Positions 52,193-62,846 of a stretch of 64,000 nt of DNA are shown piece after piece. This stretch comes from Nitrospirota bacterium (GTDB lineage Bacteria; Nitrospirota; Nitrospiria; 2-01-FULL-66-17): the NCBI GenBank assembly GCA_049325335.1, contig JBMOMC010000007.1:224001-288000 (forward strand), in the 5' to 3' direction. Within the stretch, counting starts at the first letter, position 1. Each line of letters starts with the position of its first letter. The notes below the pieces were generated by a model that worked only from the letters and a program-made list of their open reading frames with translations, was not told where the DNA came from and did not search any database. Made by a program: the position numbers and the translations under genes.

Positions 52193-52969
52193 CTAGCGAC
52201 GATGGCAACGGTTGCATGACGTCAGCGGGAACGCAACCTTCCCGTGGCAGGTTCCGCAGAAACGTCCGGCGTTCAAATCCGACATGGACATGACATTCGC
52301 TCCCTTCTTCTGCGTGAACACACCAGGATGGCAATTGCGACATTCAAGCCAGAGCGCGTGGGAGGCATGCGGGAAAACTACCGGCGGCATGCCGTCGGTT
52401 TCCGTAAACACGATATCCGCCGGCCCGGGTTCGGGAGAACCCGATGACGGGTTCGGTTTGTAGGATGGGCGCGGTGTAATCACGCCCTCTTTCACCGCGG
52501 CAATCCAGTCGATGCCACCGTCCTCGTCCCGTGGAAACGGCTGCAACAAGACCTCTGGATCCCGATTGTCCTCCGCATATGGCGGTCCCGGTTCCGGCAG
52601 TGTGGTTGCGCTTGGATCAGACCGGGCAATGAGGCGATCGTCAACCCGGTGACACCGCGTACAAGTGATGGGCCGCCACGCAACCGTGCCGTTGTGACAG
52701 GTTGAGCAAAAGTTTTGCTTCGCCGCCATCCGTTCCATCATGATGTTCAGCGTGTTGGCCGCCATGGGGAACACATCGGGATGACAGGCCGAACACATAA
52801 ATTCGGTTCGGTGAATCCAGTGCGGAAACACCACGGCGGGAGCGCCGAATTCCTTGGCAGTGGTGTTCATCTGAACGTCGCCATAGAAGCCGAACGCAGG
52901 ACCTCCGTCGCCAATGACCGACCACAGCAACACGAGGGAGGGAAGAACCGCGTGGGCGATGATTCTCAC
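52193..52969 (-). CDS. Hexaheme cytochrome c (two c7-type triheme domains)
   Basis: Six CxxCH motifs (CSACH, CSTCH, CTRCH, CRNCH, CGTCH, CNRCH), two VVFPH motifs, signal peptide. Confidence 0.9.
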   Translation of the reverse strand: MRIIAHAVLPSLVLLWSVIGDGGPAFGFYGDVQMNTTAKEFGAPAVVFPHWIHRTEFMCSACHPDVFPMAANTLNIMMERMAAKQNFCSTCHNGTVAWRPITCTRCHRVDDRLIARSDPSATTLPEPGPPYAEDNRDPEVLLQPFPRDEDGGIDWIAAVKEGVITPRPSYKPNPSSGSPEPGPADIVFTETDGMPPVVFPHASHALWLECRNCHPGVFTQKKGANVMSMSDLNAGRFCGTCHGKVAFPLTSCNRCHRR

Positions 52970-53061
52970 GGAGTCGGTCCGACCGGCAGGATGGCCAAGA
53001 ACGCACTATCGCCGAAAAGCGAGGACGTCACCATGGTTGCGGAATCAATCGCGTTCTGACC

Positions 53062-54015
53062 TCAAGGAGACTGATTGATTGGGATACAGCCGCTGCGCGC
53101 GGTGGAGAACACCACCCCGTCAAAGTGGATCGCCGGCGTAGTGTTGGTGGCTGCTGCGCCGCCTTCGGCTCCCACGAAGTTGTCCGAGATGTTGACCATG
53201 GTCCACGCAAAGGTCCCCGGCCCGCTGGCGCCCCGCGTGTCGGCTGATGGATTTGAGGCAACAAGTTTTCCGTCAACGTAGATCTCCATCAATCCATTGG
53301 CGGGATTGACTCGGGTATTCTGCCGGACGTGGAGTTCAAGACAATACCACCGGTCGACCGCAAACTCACCGGGCAAACTGCCCACGAGCAGATTGTTCTG
53401 ACAGCACCACGTTGTGCCGTCCGCGGTGTACGCGTAGGTCCACCGAATTCGCGTCGGGTCTCCATGAAAGGGGCCCCAGTAGCTCTCGATGCACGGACGT
53501 CCGGACTGACAGGAGTCGACGGTCCTTAACCGACCGAATTTAATCCCGCCGTACAACGCCGGCCACTCCCACCCTTTGGGTAGCCGAACATAGTGTCGGA
53601 CCCACAACTCCTCGCTTGGAGATGTCCACGTGGTTGGTTCCTGATTCGCATGGTCACGTAGTTCTGACGCGCCCTGCCGACCTGGAAGAAAATGTTCCGC
53701 GAAGAAGCAGTTCCCAGTGGCCGCAGTGCCGTCACAGATGATCTGAATTGCGTCCGAGGAATGCCAATACACGACGTTATCCCAGACATGGTCGAGGGGT
53801 TTCCCGGTTCCGACCGGCGGACTCAGCACGTGGACGCCGGAATTGGTTGGGAAATACTCGAAGTCATCCGCAATCAATGTTTCGGCCCAAACCGGAGCGG
53901 ACACCAACCATCCGGCGGTCACCCAGGCGCCCAGGAACGCGTTCCATCGTGCGCGGCGATCGAACACGCTGATCTTAGCGATGAGAGGGACCAGATCGTT
54001 GCCGACCCTGAACAC
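53062..54015 (-). CDS. Secreted polysaccharide lyase/ConA-like protein
   Basis: Same pattern as 49088-49927 (DDFE, RWYCLE..NT..NG..YVDG, FDGVVFSTARSGC) but without the tail. Confidence 0.65.
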   Translation of the reverse strand: MFRVGNDLVPLIAKISVFDRRARWNAFLGAWVTAGWLVSAPVWAETLIADDFEYFPTNSGVHVLSPPVGTGKPLDHVWDNVVYWHSSDAIQIICDGTAATGNCFFAEHFLPGRQGASELRDHANQEPTTWTSPSEELWVRHYVRLPKGWEWPALYGGIKFGRLRTVDSCQSGRPCIESYWGPFHGDPTRIRWTYAYTADGTTWCCQNNLLVGSLPGEFAVDRWYCLELHVRQNTRVNPANGLMEIYVDGKLVASNPSADTRGASGPGTFAWTMVNISDNFVGAEGGAAATNTTPAIHFDGVVFSTARSGCIPINQSP

Positions 54016-54016
54016 G

Positions 54017-57000
54017 CTACGGATTCACCGTGACAACCTGCGTGGCGTCCGTGGCCGAGATGAATCCTGAGGCGCTCACGGACACGGTAGTTGTTCCAGC
54101 CCCCACTGGGTCAAACGCCACACCCAATTCCGCGCCATCCAAAAACGCCGGCGGCGTCGAATAGTGGCCCGGTGTTAGGACCAGGGGGACCGAAGGAGCC
54201 CGATTGTCCCGGGTAGCCAATTGTCCAACCGCCCCGTTACTACTGGTAATGTTCAGCGTCACCCCTGGGAGACCACTTCCCACCCGGACCAGTTGGGCCG
54301 CAATGAGCGGACCGCCGCCTTCAGCCGTCACGCCTGACAACACACGGAAGAAACTGTCAGCGCCACTCGCGACGTGGGTCGGCGTGAGGTCCCTTATTGC
54401 AACGGCCGGTTGCACAATGTGTATGGGACCACTTGTGGCCGGTATGTAGCCGGGGGCAGAAATCGTGAGCTGTCCCGTACCGCGCGCCTCTTCCACGCCC
54501 TGGATTGTAAATGTGGAGATCGAGGACGTACCGCCTGGTATGACCAGCGTAATCGATGAGCTCCCAGTTCGAGGCCATGCCTCTGGTGCAACCAATAGCG
54601 TGGGGAGATTACTGGTTACCGTCACCGGCAGCCCGCCGGTCGGCGCAGTAGCCCCGTTGAGCAGACGAATCAGGAAGCAGCCGGCGCATTCCAGGCCTGC
54701 ACCCAAACGGAAGTCGCCCCCCCCGAACCCGAAATGGACTATCTCCATGGCGAGGGCGGTGCCGACGGTGACGAACTGACTGGCGCCGGTGGTGGAGCCC
54801 ACGCCGACCGCGCTCGCGGTCACGGTCGTGGTCTGCCCCGTGGCAGTATTGTCCGGATCAAACGCGATCCCGCCCGTGGCCACGCTCGCCGCCGACTCGC
54901 TCTGCCCCGGCGCAATACTCACCTCCTTGGACAGCCCACTCCCGGTGGTGGTCACCAGCGTCCCGGCTGCGGGCTCGCTGCTCATGACGGTCACGGTCAG
55001 TGTGCCCGGCCCGCCCTGCCGTAGGGCTTGCGCGGTCCCGAACGTGGTCCCGCCCGCACTACTCGGCAATCCCACGCGCACGCCAAACTCATCATTCGCC
55101 GCGCCTGGGCTCAGCGTGCTCGCCAAGTTGATCAGCGTCAGCACCGGCGGCTCGATGGAGACGGCCGGACTCGTGCCGTCGAGGTACCCGGCCGCACTCG
55201 CCACCACCTGCACGGGTCCGCTCGCGCCTTCCACCCCCTGCAGGCTAAATGCCGTGCTGGTGCTGCCGGCCTGGATGACCACCATGAGGGTTCCACTGCC
55301 GCCCCCCGCCGGGATCACCGCTTCGGCCACGCGCAGGCGCGTAACGTCCGTGCTGGTCAGGGTAACTACGAGCCCGCCCGCGGGCGCGGGTTGGTTACTC
55401 GTCACGGTGCAGCACGCGCTCACTTCCAAGCCTGCCCCCAAGCGGGTCAGGGTTCCGAGATTCACACTCAACGTCGGGCTGGTTACGCTCACCAGTTGGC
55501 TCGCCCCCGTGGTGCTGCCGACCCCCGGCGCGCTCGCCGTGATGGTTGTGATCTCGTTCGCCACCCCATCAGCGGGATTAAACGCCACGCCGCCCGTCGC
55601 CACCGTCGCCGAGGAATCGCTCTGGCCCGGCTGGATCTGGACGAGTTGGCTCGCGCCGCTGCCGCCACTGGTCACCAGGGTCCCCGCCGCCGGGGTACTG
55701 GTCGTGACCGTGGCGGTCAGCCCGCCCGGCCCCCCTTGCCGCAGAGCCTGCGCGGTTCCGAATGTCGTTCCGCCACTGCTCGTCGTGATACCCAGTCGCA
55801 CACGAAATTCATCATCCGGCGCGGCCGCCGCCAGGTTTGCGCTCAAATCCACCAGGGTCAGCACGGGCGCTTCCACGCTCACCGCCGGGCTCGTTCCCGC
55901 GGTGTGGCCCGTCGCGGTCGCCGTCACGCTCGCACTGCCCACCGCGCTCTCCACGCCTTGCAGGCTGAACGCCGCGCTGGTCCCGCCTTCCGGAATCGTC
56001 ACCACCACGCTGCTCCCACCGCCGCTCCCCGGGATTGTGCCCGGGGCCACCAACAGCCGCGTGGCATCGCTGCTCGTGAGGGTCACCGCCACGCCCCCGG
56101 CCGGCGCCGGTTGATTGGCGATCACGCTACAGCAGGCCGCCACTTCTAAGCCCGCACCGATGCGGGTCACGGTCCCCAAATTCACGCTCAGTCGCGGCGG
56201 CGCCGGCGTCACGCTCACCACTTGGCTCGCCCCCGTGGCCGCCGTGAATCCGGCAATCAGCGCGGTCACCGTCGTGCTGCCGCCAGTCTCCATCGGCCGA
56301 AACGCCATGCCCCCCGCCGCCACGGTGGTCCGCGTCTCGTAATAGGTCGTCGTGATCGACGCCGCCGCGCTCGCCCCCGCCCCCGCGTTCGTCACCACTT
56401 GCCCCGCGCTCGGGTCACTGCTCGTCACGGTCACGCTGATCGCGCCCGGCGCGCCCCGCCGCACGGGTTGCGGGCTCACAATCCCATCCGGACGAATCGG
56501 CCCGATACGGACCCGAAACACATTGTCCGCCCCGCCGCCCGCTTGCGGACTGGTCAACGCAACGATCGTGTACCCCGGCGTCACCACGCTGATCGGCCGG
56601 CTCGTCGCCGGGGTAAACCCCGTGGCCGTGGCCGTCACCGTCGTCAGCCCGGTCACGCCTTCCAGCCCCTGCAGGCTAAACGTGGTCGTACTGGCTCCCG
56701 CCGCAATCGTCACCACGGTCGACGCCGTGCCCCCTGTGCTCGGCACGGTCGCGCCCGCCACCAACAACCGCGTCGGATCGTTGCTCGTGAGCGTGACTCC
56801 CAACCCGCCAGCCGGCGCGACCGCCCCATTCAATAACCGCACCTGTAAACAACTCCCGCACTCCAAACCGGATCCGACGAGAAATGGCTCCGTCGTAAAA
56901 TACCGAATCTCCATGGCGAGGGCGGTGCCGACGGTGACGAACTGACTGGCGCCGGTGGTGGAGCCCACGCCGACCGCGCTCGCGGTCACGGTCGTGGTCT

Positions 57001-59185
57001 GCCCCGTGGCAGTATTGTCCGGATCAAACGCGATCCCGCCCGTGGCCACGCTCGCCGCCGACTCGCTCTGCCCCGGCGCAATACTCACCTCCTTGGACAG
57101 CCCACTCCCGGTGGTGGTCACCAGCGTCCCGGCTGCGGGCTCGCTGCTCATGACGGTCACGGTCAGTGTGCCCGGCCCGCCCTGCCGTAGGGCTTGCGCG
57201 GTCCCGAACGTGGTCCCGCCCGCACTACTCGGCAATCCCACGCGCACGCCAAACTCATCATTCGCCGCGCCTGGGCTCAGCGTGCTCGCCAAGTTGATCA
57301 GCGTCAGCACCGGCGGCTCGATGGAGACGGCCGGACTCGTGCCGTCGAGGTACCCGGCCGCACTCGCCACCACCTGCACGGGTCCGCTCGCGCCTTCCAC
57401 CCCCTGCAGGCTAAATGCCGTGCTGGTGCTGCCGGCCTGGATGACCACCATGAGGGTTCCACTGCCGCCCCCCGCCGGGATCACCGCTTCGGCCACGCGC
57501 AGGCGCGTAACGTCCGTGCTGGTCAGGGTAACTACGAGCCCGCCCGCGGGCGCGGGTTGGTTACTCGTCACGGTGCAGCACGCGCTCACTTCCAAGCCTG
57601 CCCCCAAGCGGGTCAGGGTTCCGAGATTCACACTCAACGTCGGGCTGGTTACGCTCACCAGTTGGCTCGCCCCCGTGGTGCTGCCGACCCCCGGCGCGCT
57701 CGCCGTGATGGTTGTGATCTCGTTCGCCACCCCATCAGCGGGATTAAACGCCACGCCGCCCGTCGCCACCGTCGCCGAGGAATCGCTCTGGCCCGGCTGG
57801 ATCTGGACGAGTTGGCTCGCGCCGCTGCCGCCACTGGTCACCAGGGTCCCCGCCGCCGGGGTACTGGTCGTGACCGTGGCGGTCAGCCCGCCCGGCCCCC
57901 CTTGCCGCAGAGCCTGCGCGGTTCCGAATGTCGTTCCGCCACTGCTCGTCGTGATACCCAGTCGCACACGAAATTCATCATCCGGCGCGGCCGCCGCCAG
58001 GTTTGCGCTCAAATCCACCAGGGTCAGCACGGGCGCTTCCACGCTCACCGCCGGGCTCGTTCCCGCGGTGTGGCCCGTCGCGGTCGCCGTCACGCTCGCA
58101 CTGCCCACCGCGCTCTCCACGCCTTGCAGGCTGAACGCCGCGCTGGTCCCGCCTTCCGGAATCGTCACCACCACGCTGCTCCCACCGCCGCTCCCCGGGA
58201 TTGTGCCCGGGGCCACCAACAGCCGCGTGGCATCGCTGCTCGTGAGGGTCACCGCCACGCCCCCGGCCGGCGCCGGTTGATTGGCGATCACGCTACAGCA
58301 GGCCGCCACTTCTAAGCCCGCACCGATGCGGGTCACGGTCCCCAAATTCACGCTCAGTCGCGGCGGCGCCGGCGTCACGCTCACCACTTGGCTCGCCCCC
58401 GTGGCCGCCGTGAATCCGGCAATCAGCGCGGTCACCGTCGTGCTGCCGCCAGTCTCCATCGGCCGAAACGCCATGCCCCCCGCCGCCACGGTGGTCCGCG
58501 TCTCGTAATAGGTCGTCGTGATCGACGCCGCCGCGCTCGCCCCCGCCCCCGCGTTCGTCACCACTTGCCCCGCGCTCGGGTCACTGCTCGTCACGGTCAC
58601 GCTGATCGCGCCCGGCGCGCCCCGCCGCACGGGTTGCGGGCTCACAATCCCATCCGGACGAATCGGCCCGATACGGACCCGAAACACATTGTCCGCCCCG
58701 CCGCCCGCTTGCGGACTGGTCAACGCAACGATCGTGTACCCCGGCGTCACCACGCTGATCGGCCGGCTCGTCGCCGGGGTAAACCCCGTGGCCGTGGCCG
58801 TCACCGTCGTCAGCCCGGTCACGCCTTCCAGCCCCTGCAGGCTAAACGTGGTCGTACTGGCTCCCGCCGCAATCGTCACCACGGTCGACGCCGTGCCCCC
58901 TGTGCTCGGCACGGTCGCGCCCGCCACCAACAACCGCGTCGGATCGTTGCTCGTGAGCGTGACTCCCAACCCGCCAGCCGGCGCGACCGCCCCATTCAAT
59001 AACCGCACCTGTAAACACGTCACGCACTCCAGCCCCGCCCCGACGAGAAATGGCTCCGTCGTAAAATACCGAATCTCCATGGTGGATTGGGCAAAAGCGG
59101 ACCCGCTCAACGGCGGGAACGCGGTGGTCAGACCTGCCATCGTCAACATACCCAACATCCATCCGGTCAGCCGCGTCAGTCGCAT
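54017..59185 (-). CDS. Large secreted Ig-like repeat protein (adhesin/S-layer-like)
   Basis: Signal peptide; seven units of about 240 aa, each starting G(A/S)GLE followed by a Cys pair; rich in T, G, A, V. Confidence 0.8.
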   Translation of the reverse strand: MRLTRLTGWMLGMLTMAGLTTAFPPLSGSAFAQSTMEIRYFTTEPFLVGAGLECVTCLQVRLLNGAVAPAGGLGVTLTSNDPTRLLVAGATVPSTGGTASTVVTIAAGASTTTFSLQGLEGVTGLTTVTATATGFTPATSRPISVVTPGYTIVALTSPQAGGGADNVFRVRIGPIRPDGIVSPQPVRRGAPGAISVTVTSSDPSAGQVVTNAGAGASAAASITTTYYETRTTVAAGGMAFRPMETGGSTTVTALIAGFTAATGASQVVSVTPAPPRLSVNLGTVTRIGAGLEVAACCSVIANQPAPAGGVAVTLTSSDATRLLVAPGTIPGSGGGSSVVVTIPEGGTSAAFSLQGVESAVGSASVTATATGHTAGTSPAVSVEAPVLTLVDLSANLAAAAPDDEFRVRLGITTSSGGTTFGTAQALRQGGPGGLTATVTTSTPAAGTLVTSGGSGASQLVQIQPGQSDSSATVATGGVAFNPADGVANEITTITASAPGVGSTTGASQLVSVTSPTLSVNLGTLTRLGAGLEVSACCTVTSNQPAPAGGLVVTLTSTDVTRLRVAEAVIPAGGGSGTLMVVIQAGSTSTAFSLQGVEGASGPVQVVASAAGYLDGTSPAVSIEPPVLTLINLASTLSPGAANDEFGVRVGLPSSAGGTTFGTAQALRQGGPGTLTVTVMSSEPAAGTLVTTTGSGLSKEVSIAPGQSESAASVATGGIAFDPDNTATGQTTTVTASAVGVGSTTGASQFVTVGTALAMEIRYFTTEPFLVGSGLECGSCLQVRLLNGAVAPAGGLGVTLTSNDPTRLLVAGATVPSTGGTASTVVTIAAGASTTTFSLQGLEGVTGLTTVTATATGFTPATSRPISVVTPGYTIVALTSPQAGGGADNVFRVRIGPIRPDGIVSPQPVRRGAPGAISVTVTSSDPSAGQVVTNAGAGASAAASITTTYYETRTTVAAGGMAFRPMETGGSTTVTALIAGFTAATGASQVVSVTPAPPRLSVNLGTVTRIGAGLEVAACCSVIANQPAPAGGVAVTLTSSDATRLLVAPGTIPGSGGGSSVVVTIPEGGTSAAFSLQGVESAVGSASVTATATGHTAGTSPAVSVEAPVLTLVDLSANLAAAAPDDEFRVRLGITTSSGGTTFGTAQALRQGGPGGLTATVTTSTPAAGTLVTSGGSGASQLVQIQPGQSDSSATVATGGVAFNPADGVANEITTITASAPGVGSTTGASQLVSVTSPTLSVNLGTLTRLGAGLEVSACCTVTSNQPAPAGGLVVTLTSTDVTRLRVAEAVIPAGGGSGTLMVVIQAGSTSTAFSLQGVEGASGPVQVVASAAGYLDGTSPAVSIEPPVLTLINLASTLSPGAANDEFGVRVGLPSSAGGTTFGTAQALRQGGPGTLTVTVMSSEPAAGTLVTTTGSGLSKEVSIAPGQSESAASVATGGIAFDPDNTATGQTTTVTASAVGVGSTTGASQFVTVGTALAMEIVHFGFGGGDFRLGAGLECAGCFLIRLLNGATAPTGGLPVTVTSNLPTLLVAPEAWPRTGSSSITLVIPGGTSSISTFTIQGVEEARGTGQLTISAPGYIPATSGPIHIVQPAVAIRDLTPTHVASGADSFFRVLSGVTAEGGGPLIAAQLVRVGSGLPGVTLNITSSNGAVGQLATRDNRAPSVPLVLTPGHYSTPPAFLDGAELGVAFDPVGAGTTTVSVSASGFISATDATQVVTVNP
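54741..59082. repeat. Near-identical 2166-bp tandem duplication
   Basis: 54741-56916 matches 56907-59082; identical shadow ORFs are offset by exactly 2166; a short variable patch lies at about 56852-56874 versus 59018-59040. Confidence 0.92.
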
Positions 59186-59285
59186 CGCAATATTGTCCTT
59201 TTTGTTGATAACAATTGTCGAGGGAAGTACCGATTAAACCGCTAAAACCTGCGCAGAATTCCGTGCGCGATGGGGCTAGTTTCGA

Positions 59286-60380
59286 CTAGTACGATTGGCC
59301 CCGCAATAGGTCAAAAATCCACCGGGCTCGCTCCACCAGCCGTTCCTCGGCAAAACGAAAGCCCTGGTACCACACCGGCTTGAATACTAAATCGTAATAA
59401 CCCGTCAAAAACACTCCCTCGGCCCGAAAACCGCTTTTAAACGTATAGATCGAGTAGGCCGGCGAGTCCGCTTGCGGAGGCCAGTCCGTCCCGGTTCCAC
59501 CAAAATCAAACGTGGCAGCACCCTTGCGTTTGGCCCATCGCAGACCTTCCCACCAGAGCGCTTCATTCGGGTGCAGTGACCGTGCCGCGTGGATCAACCC
59601 GGTGTACAGCAGCCAAGCCCGATTCCCCACCGCAATGGTCAGAAACCCGGCAATGATTTCCCCGTCCTTCTCCGCCACCAGCAATGTCCCGTGTCCGGGT
59701 TTGATGACGTGCCGCCACAACAGTTCGTAGTACGCGGGGCTGCGCACCACAAACCCCCAGCGGTCTCCGACCTCGGTCATGATGGTGCGGAACTTTTCCA
59801 TTTCACGCTCGTCGCAGGCCTCCCGAATCACCACGCCCCGTTTCGCCGCGCCGCGGATGTGCCGCTGATGGGTATCGCGCATCCGCTTGATCAGATCGGT
59901 TTCTGACGGACGAAGATCCATCCAACTCACGATTCGAGGATCATTCAGCGACGACCACTTCTTATCCGCGAGATGGCGAAATCCCGCCTGATGCAACCGT
60001 GCGCGCGCGTCCGCGTCGTCGTCAACGAGATCGGGATCCACACGAAGGAACACGGATCGATACCGTCCGGCAACATCTCGCACGCCGTCGAGGAGACAGT
60101 TCAACGCCTCGGCATCCTTGAGGTCTACGACCGGCCCCCTGGGACTGCACAAGAAGGTCAATGATGTCTTGGGAATCTTGCGCACTAAGAGCGATGCGGC
60201 ACCGCACAGTTGGCCGTTCCGCTCCACTCCCAGTCTGACTGTGTGCGTGCCTTCATAGGCCACCACCTCGCCCCACTCGTAAAGCTGTTTAAAATGCGGG
60301 TGCGGTGAGCCCGCCACCCACGCATTGAAGCGATCGCGGTCCCCCTCGCCTAACTCGATCAGTTCCACGGGTGCGCTCAT
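59286..60380 (-). CDS. FemAB/FemX-family aminoacyl transferase
   Basis: HFKQLYEWG, PRGPV, FLRVDPD, FDFGG, FKSGF. Confidence 0.85.
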   Translation of the reverse strand: MSAPVELIELGEGDRDRFNAWVAGSPHPHFKQLYEWGEVVAYEGTHTVRLGVERNGQLCGAASLLVRKIPKTSLTFLCSPRGPVVDLKDAEALNCLLDGVRDVAGRYRSVFLRVDPDLVDDDADARARLHQAGFRHLADKKWSSLNDPRIVSWMDLRPSETDLIKRMRDTHQRHIRGAAKRGVVIREACDEREMEKFRTIMTEVGDRWGFVVRSPAYYELLWRHVIKPGHGTLLVAEKDGEIIAGFLTIAVGNRAWLLYTGLIHAARSLHPNEALWWEGLRWAKRKGAATFDFGGTGTDWPPQADSPAYSIYTFKSGFRAEGVFLTGYYDLVFKPVWYQGFRFAEERLVERARWIFDLLRGQSY

Positions 60381-60405
60381 ATGACCCTTTGGGCGGTTCC
60401 CCACA

Positions 60406-60666
60406 TCACCGGCGAGACCCGAACGCCACCACCAGCAACACGCCCACCACGCCCACTATCAGGGCGATCACGGCCAACATGCCGGCCCCGCCGACCGACC
60501 CGCTGAGTTGATCAAAAAAGGAACTCGTAGCGGCGGCCGCCGGAGCGGCAGCCTTTCGCGGAGCCTCACTATGGTCGTGGCCCTCGTGGGCCCACAGCAA
60601 CGCCGTCTGGAGGAACCACCCCATCGACCACAGTCCAACCAATAACCGCTTGCGCTGGTTCTTCAT
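60406..60666 (-). CDS. Small exported/membrane protein with HEGHDH motif
   Basis: Signal peptide, AHEGHDH, Ala-rich linker, C-terminal TM helix followed by RR. Confidence 0.55.
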   Translation of the reverse strand: MKNQRKRLLVGLWSMGWFLQTALLWAHEGHDHSEAPRKAAAPAAAATSSFFDQLSGSVGGAGMLAVIALIVGVVGVLLVVAFGSRR

Positions 60667-60736
60667 TTTTTTCCTCTGTGTGCAGGCCCGTGGGGCGATC
60701 ACCACGCCACGGACAGACATACAGTTATGCGAAACA

Positions 60737-61411
60737 CTACAACGATAGGCGGGGGCGAATCTGGACTCCCAACACCCTCACGTTGAAGAAGGTGCTCACT
60801 CGGCGAAATCCCACTCGCATCAGCGCCATTTCCAGTCCGAGCCGAAACGCCGCGCCGTGATCCACGACGTGTCCATACACGCGCTGATATCCGCGCCGCG
60901 CCAGTTCCTGCGCCATCACGGCATTCGTGGTGCCGTACAACCCGTGGCCCCGGAACGCCTCGAAGGTGTACGCATGTTTGAGTTCGGCTTCCTGGGGCGC
61001 GAGGCGGACGAAACGATTCGGGATCGAATGATCGTAGATCCAGGCGATGTGCGCGGGCTGCCCCTCCCACCACGCCACGAACGGCTCGGCGCCGTCGATC
61101 TGATCGCGATAGAATTCGCTCCGAGTGCCTTCCGGCGTCTGGCGAAACCGCGCCAAATCGCTCGGCGTCGCCCGTCTGATTTCGGCTCGCGGATCGGGCG
61201 GCGGCGCGGTGTAGCCGGCCCGCAAGTCAATGGCCAACAATGACACGCGTTGGCGACAGAAGAGGAACGGACCAAGCGCCTCGCGAAAACCTTGTAGGCC
61301 GCCATCCTGCAACAGCCTCCGCGCCGATCGCATCATTCGACCGAACACACCCGGCCGAGCCGGCCGGGATTCGGCGATGGGATGCGCCTCCAGCAAACGA
61401 TCGCGGCTCAT
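60737..61411 (-). CDS. GNAT-family acyltransferase
   Basis: AYTFEAFRGHGLY acyl-CoA-binding motif; ATG overlaps the upstream stop. Confidence 0.7.
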   Translation of the reverse strand: MSRDRLLEAHPIAESRPARPGVFGRMMRSARRLLQDGGLQGFREALGPFLFCRQRVSLLAIDLRAGYTAPPPDPRAEIRRATPSDLARFRQTPEGTRSEFYRDQIDGAEPFVAWWEGQPAHIAWIYDHSIPNRFVRLAPQEAELKHAYTFEAFRGHGLYGTTNAVMAQELARRGYQRVYGHVVDHGAAFRLGLEMALMRVGFRRVSTFFNVRVLGVQIRPRLSL

Positions 61412-62553
61412 AGGCCCAGTCGACTCGCGATAAGGTTGCGCTGAATATCCGAGGTGCCGGAATAGATACGACTCCCGATCGCGTCCCGCACCTCCCGCTC
61501 CAGTTCGGATTCGACCTTGTACCCAGAACCGCCGTGGATCTGCAGCGCATCCAGGCTGGACTGCACGTAGCCTTCGCTGACGACCAGCTTGGTGATCGCA
61601 GACTCCAGCAACGCCGACTTACCCTCCCGCTTCAACCAGCCCACGTGATAGAGCAACAACCGCGAGGTTTCCAAGCGGACTTTCATCTCGGCGATCCGAT
61701 GGGAGACGGCCTGAAACGAGCCAATGGCCCGGCCGAACTGTTGTCGTCGTTTCGCATAGTCAATACAGCGGTCGAGTTGGCGCGCCATTCCGCCCACCGC
61801 GCTCGCCATGATGAGACTCCGTTCCCAATCCATCGAGGAGTTAAAAATCGTGGTCCCGGCGCCGGGTTGTCCCAACATATTCTCTGCCGGAATGTCGCAA
61901 TCGACCAACTCCAGTTCCGACGCCAGACCGGTTCGCAGCCCCATCTTGTTCAGCGTCTTGCCCACCCGCAGGCCCGGAGCGGAGCGATCGATCAGAAACG
62001 CGGAGATGCCTGCAAAACGTTTGCGCGGATCCGTGGAGGCAAATACCACGAACACGTCCGCCACCGGACCATTGCAGACGAACACCTTTCTCCCATTAAG
62101 CCGGAACCGGTCGCCCACACGCTCGGCCGTTGACGTGAGGCTGAAGGCGTCCGATCCCGATTCGGCCTCGGTGATGGCATGTCCGGCGATCAGGGACCCG
62201 TCGCTCAGTCCCGGCAAATACCGTCGTTTCTGGGGCTCCGTGCCGAACTTGAGGATGGCCACTACGCACGAGCAAATTTGCGCGCTGATGGAAAAGAGCA
62301 GTCCGTTGTCGCGGCATCCGTACCCGAGGGCTTCCATGGCCAACACCAATCGGAGCGCGTCCGCGCCTTGTCCGCCGTATTCCTTGGGAATCAACAGACC
62401 CTGAATCCCGAATCGGGCGCACTTGTTCCACGCCTCGCGGGAGAAGAGGCCCTCCGCATCCCGCTGAATCAGGTTTTCCCCCAACTCCCGTTGCGCAAAC
62501 GCGACGACCGCGTCCCGATACCGTTGTTCCTCTTCCGTCCAACCGAATTCCAT
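61408..62553 (-). CDS. Acyl-CoA dehydrogenase-family, L-prolyl-PCP dehydrogenase-like (PltE/RedW type)
   Basis: ALGYGCRDNGLLFS, TEAESGSDA, RDAIGSRIYSGTSDIQR; context with a carrier protein and an A domain. Confidence 0.8.
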   Translation of the reverse strand: MEFGWTEEEQRYRDAVVAFAQRELGENLIQRDAEGLFSREAWNKCARFGIQGLLIPKEYGGQGADALRLVLAMEALGYGCRDNGLLFSISAQICSCVVAILKFGTEPQKRRYLPGLSDGSLIAGHAITEAESGSDAFSLTSTAERVGDRFRLNGRKVFVCNGPVADVFVVFASTDPRKRFAGISAFLIDRSAPGLRVGKTLNKMGLRTGLASELELVDCDIPAENMLGQPGAGTTIFNSSMDWERSLIMASAVGGMARQLDRCIDYAKRRQQFGRAIGSFQAVSHRIAEMKVRLETSRLLLYHVGWLKREGKSALLESAITKLVVSEGYVQSSLDALQIHGGSGYKVESELEREVRDAIGSRIYSGTSDIQRNLIASRLGL

Positions 62554-62560
62554 TCCGCCG

Positions 62561-62809
62561 TTATCTCCCGCTCCGCGCGTTCACCAACGCAACGATCGAG
62601 CTGATGGTTTCAAAATGATCCGGGACTACCTCTTCATCCGGCAACACGATCCGAAATTCTTGCTCCAAGAACGCCAGGAGTTTGACCAACCCCAATGAGT
62701 CGAGAATGCCTCGTTCCAGCAACGAGTCGTGATCACCGACCGCGCCTTGACTCTTCTCGTGCATCAATTCCTTGACGATGAACTCCCGGACTCGTTCCGT
62801 CACGCCCAT
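62561..62809 (-). CDS. Acyl/peptidyl carrier protein
   Basis: LLERGILDSLG phosphopantetheine Ser motif. Confidence 0.88.
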   Translation of the reverse strand: MGVTERVREFIVKELMHEKSQGAVGDHDSLLERGILDSLGLVKLLAFLEQEFRIVLPDEEVVPDHFETISSIVALVNARSGR

Positions 62810-62846
62810 TCCATTCTCCTTTACCATCCGGCCTCCGCCTTGACCT

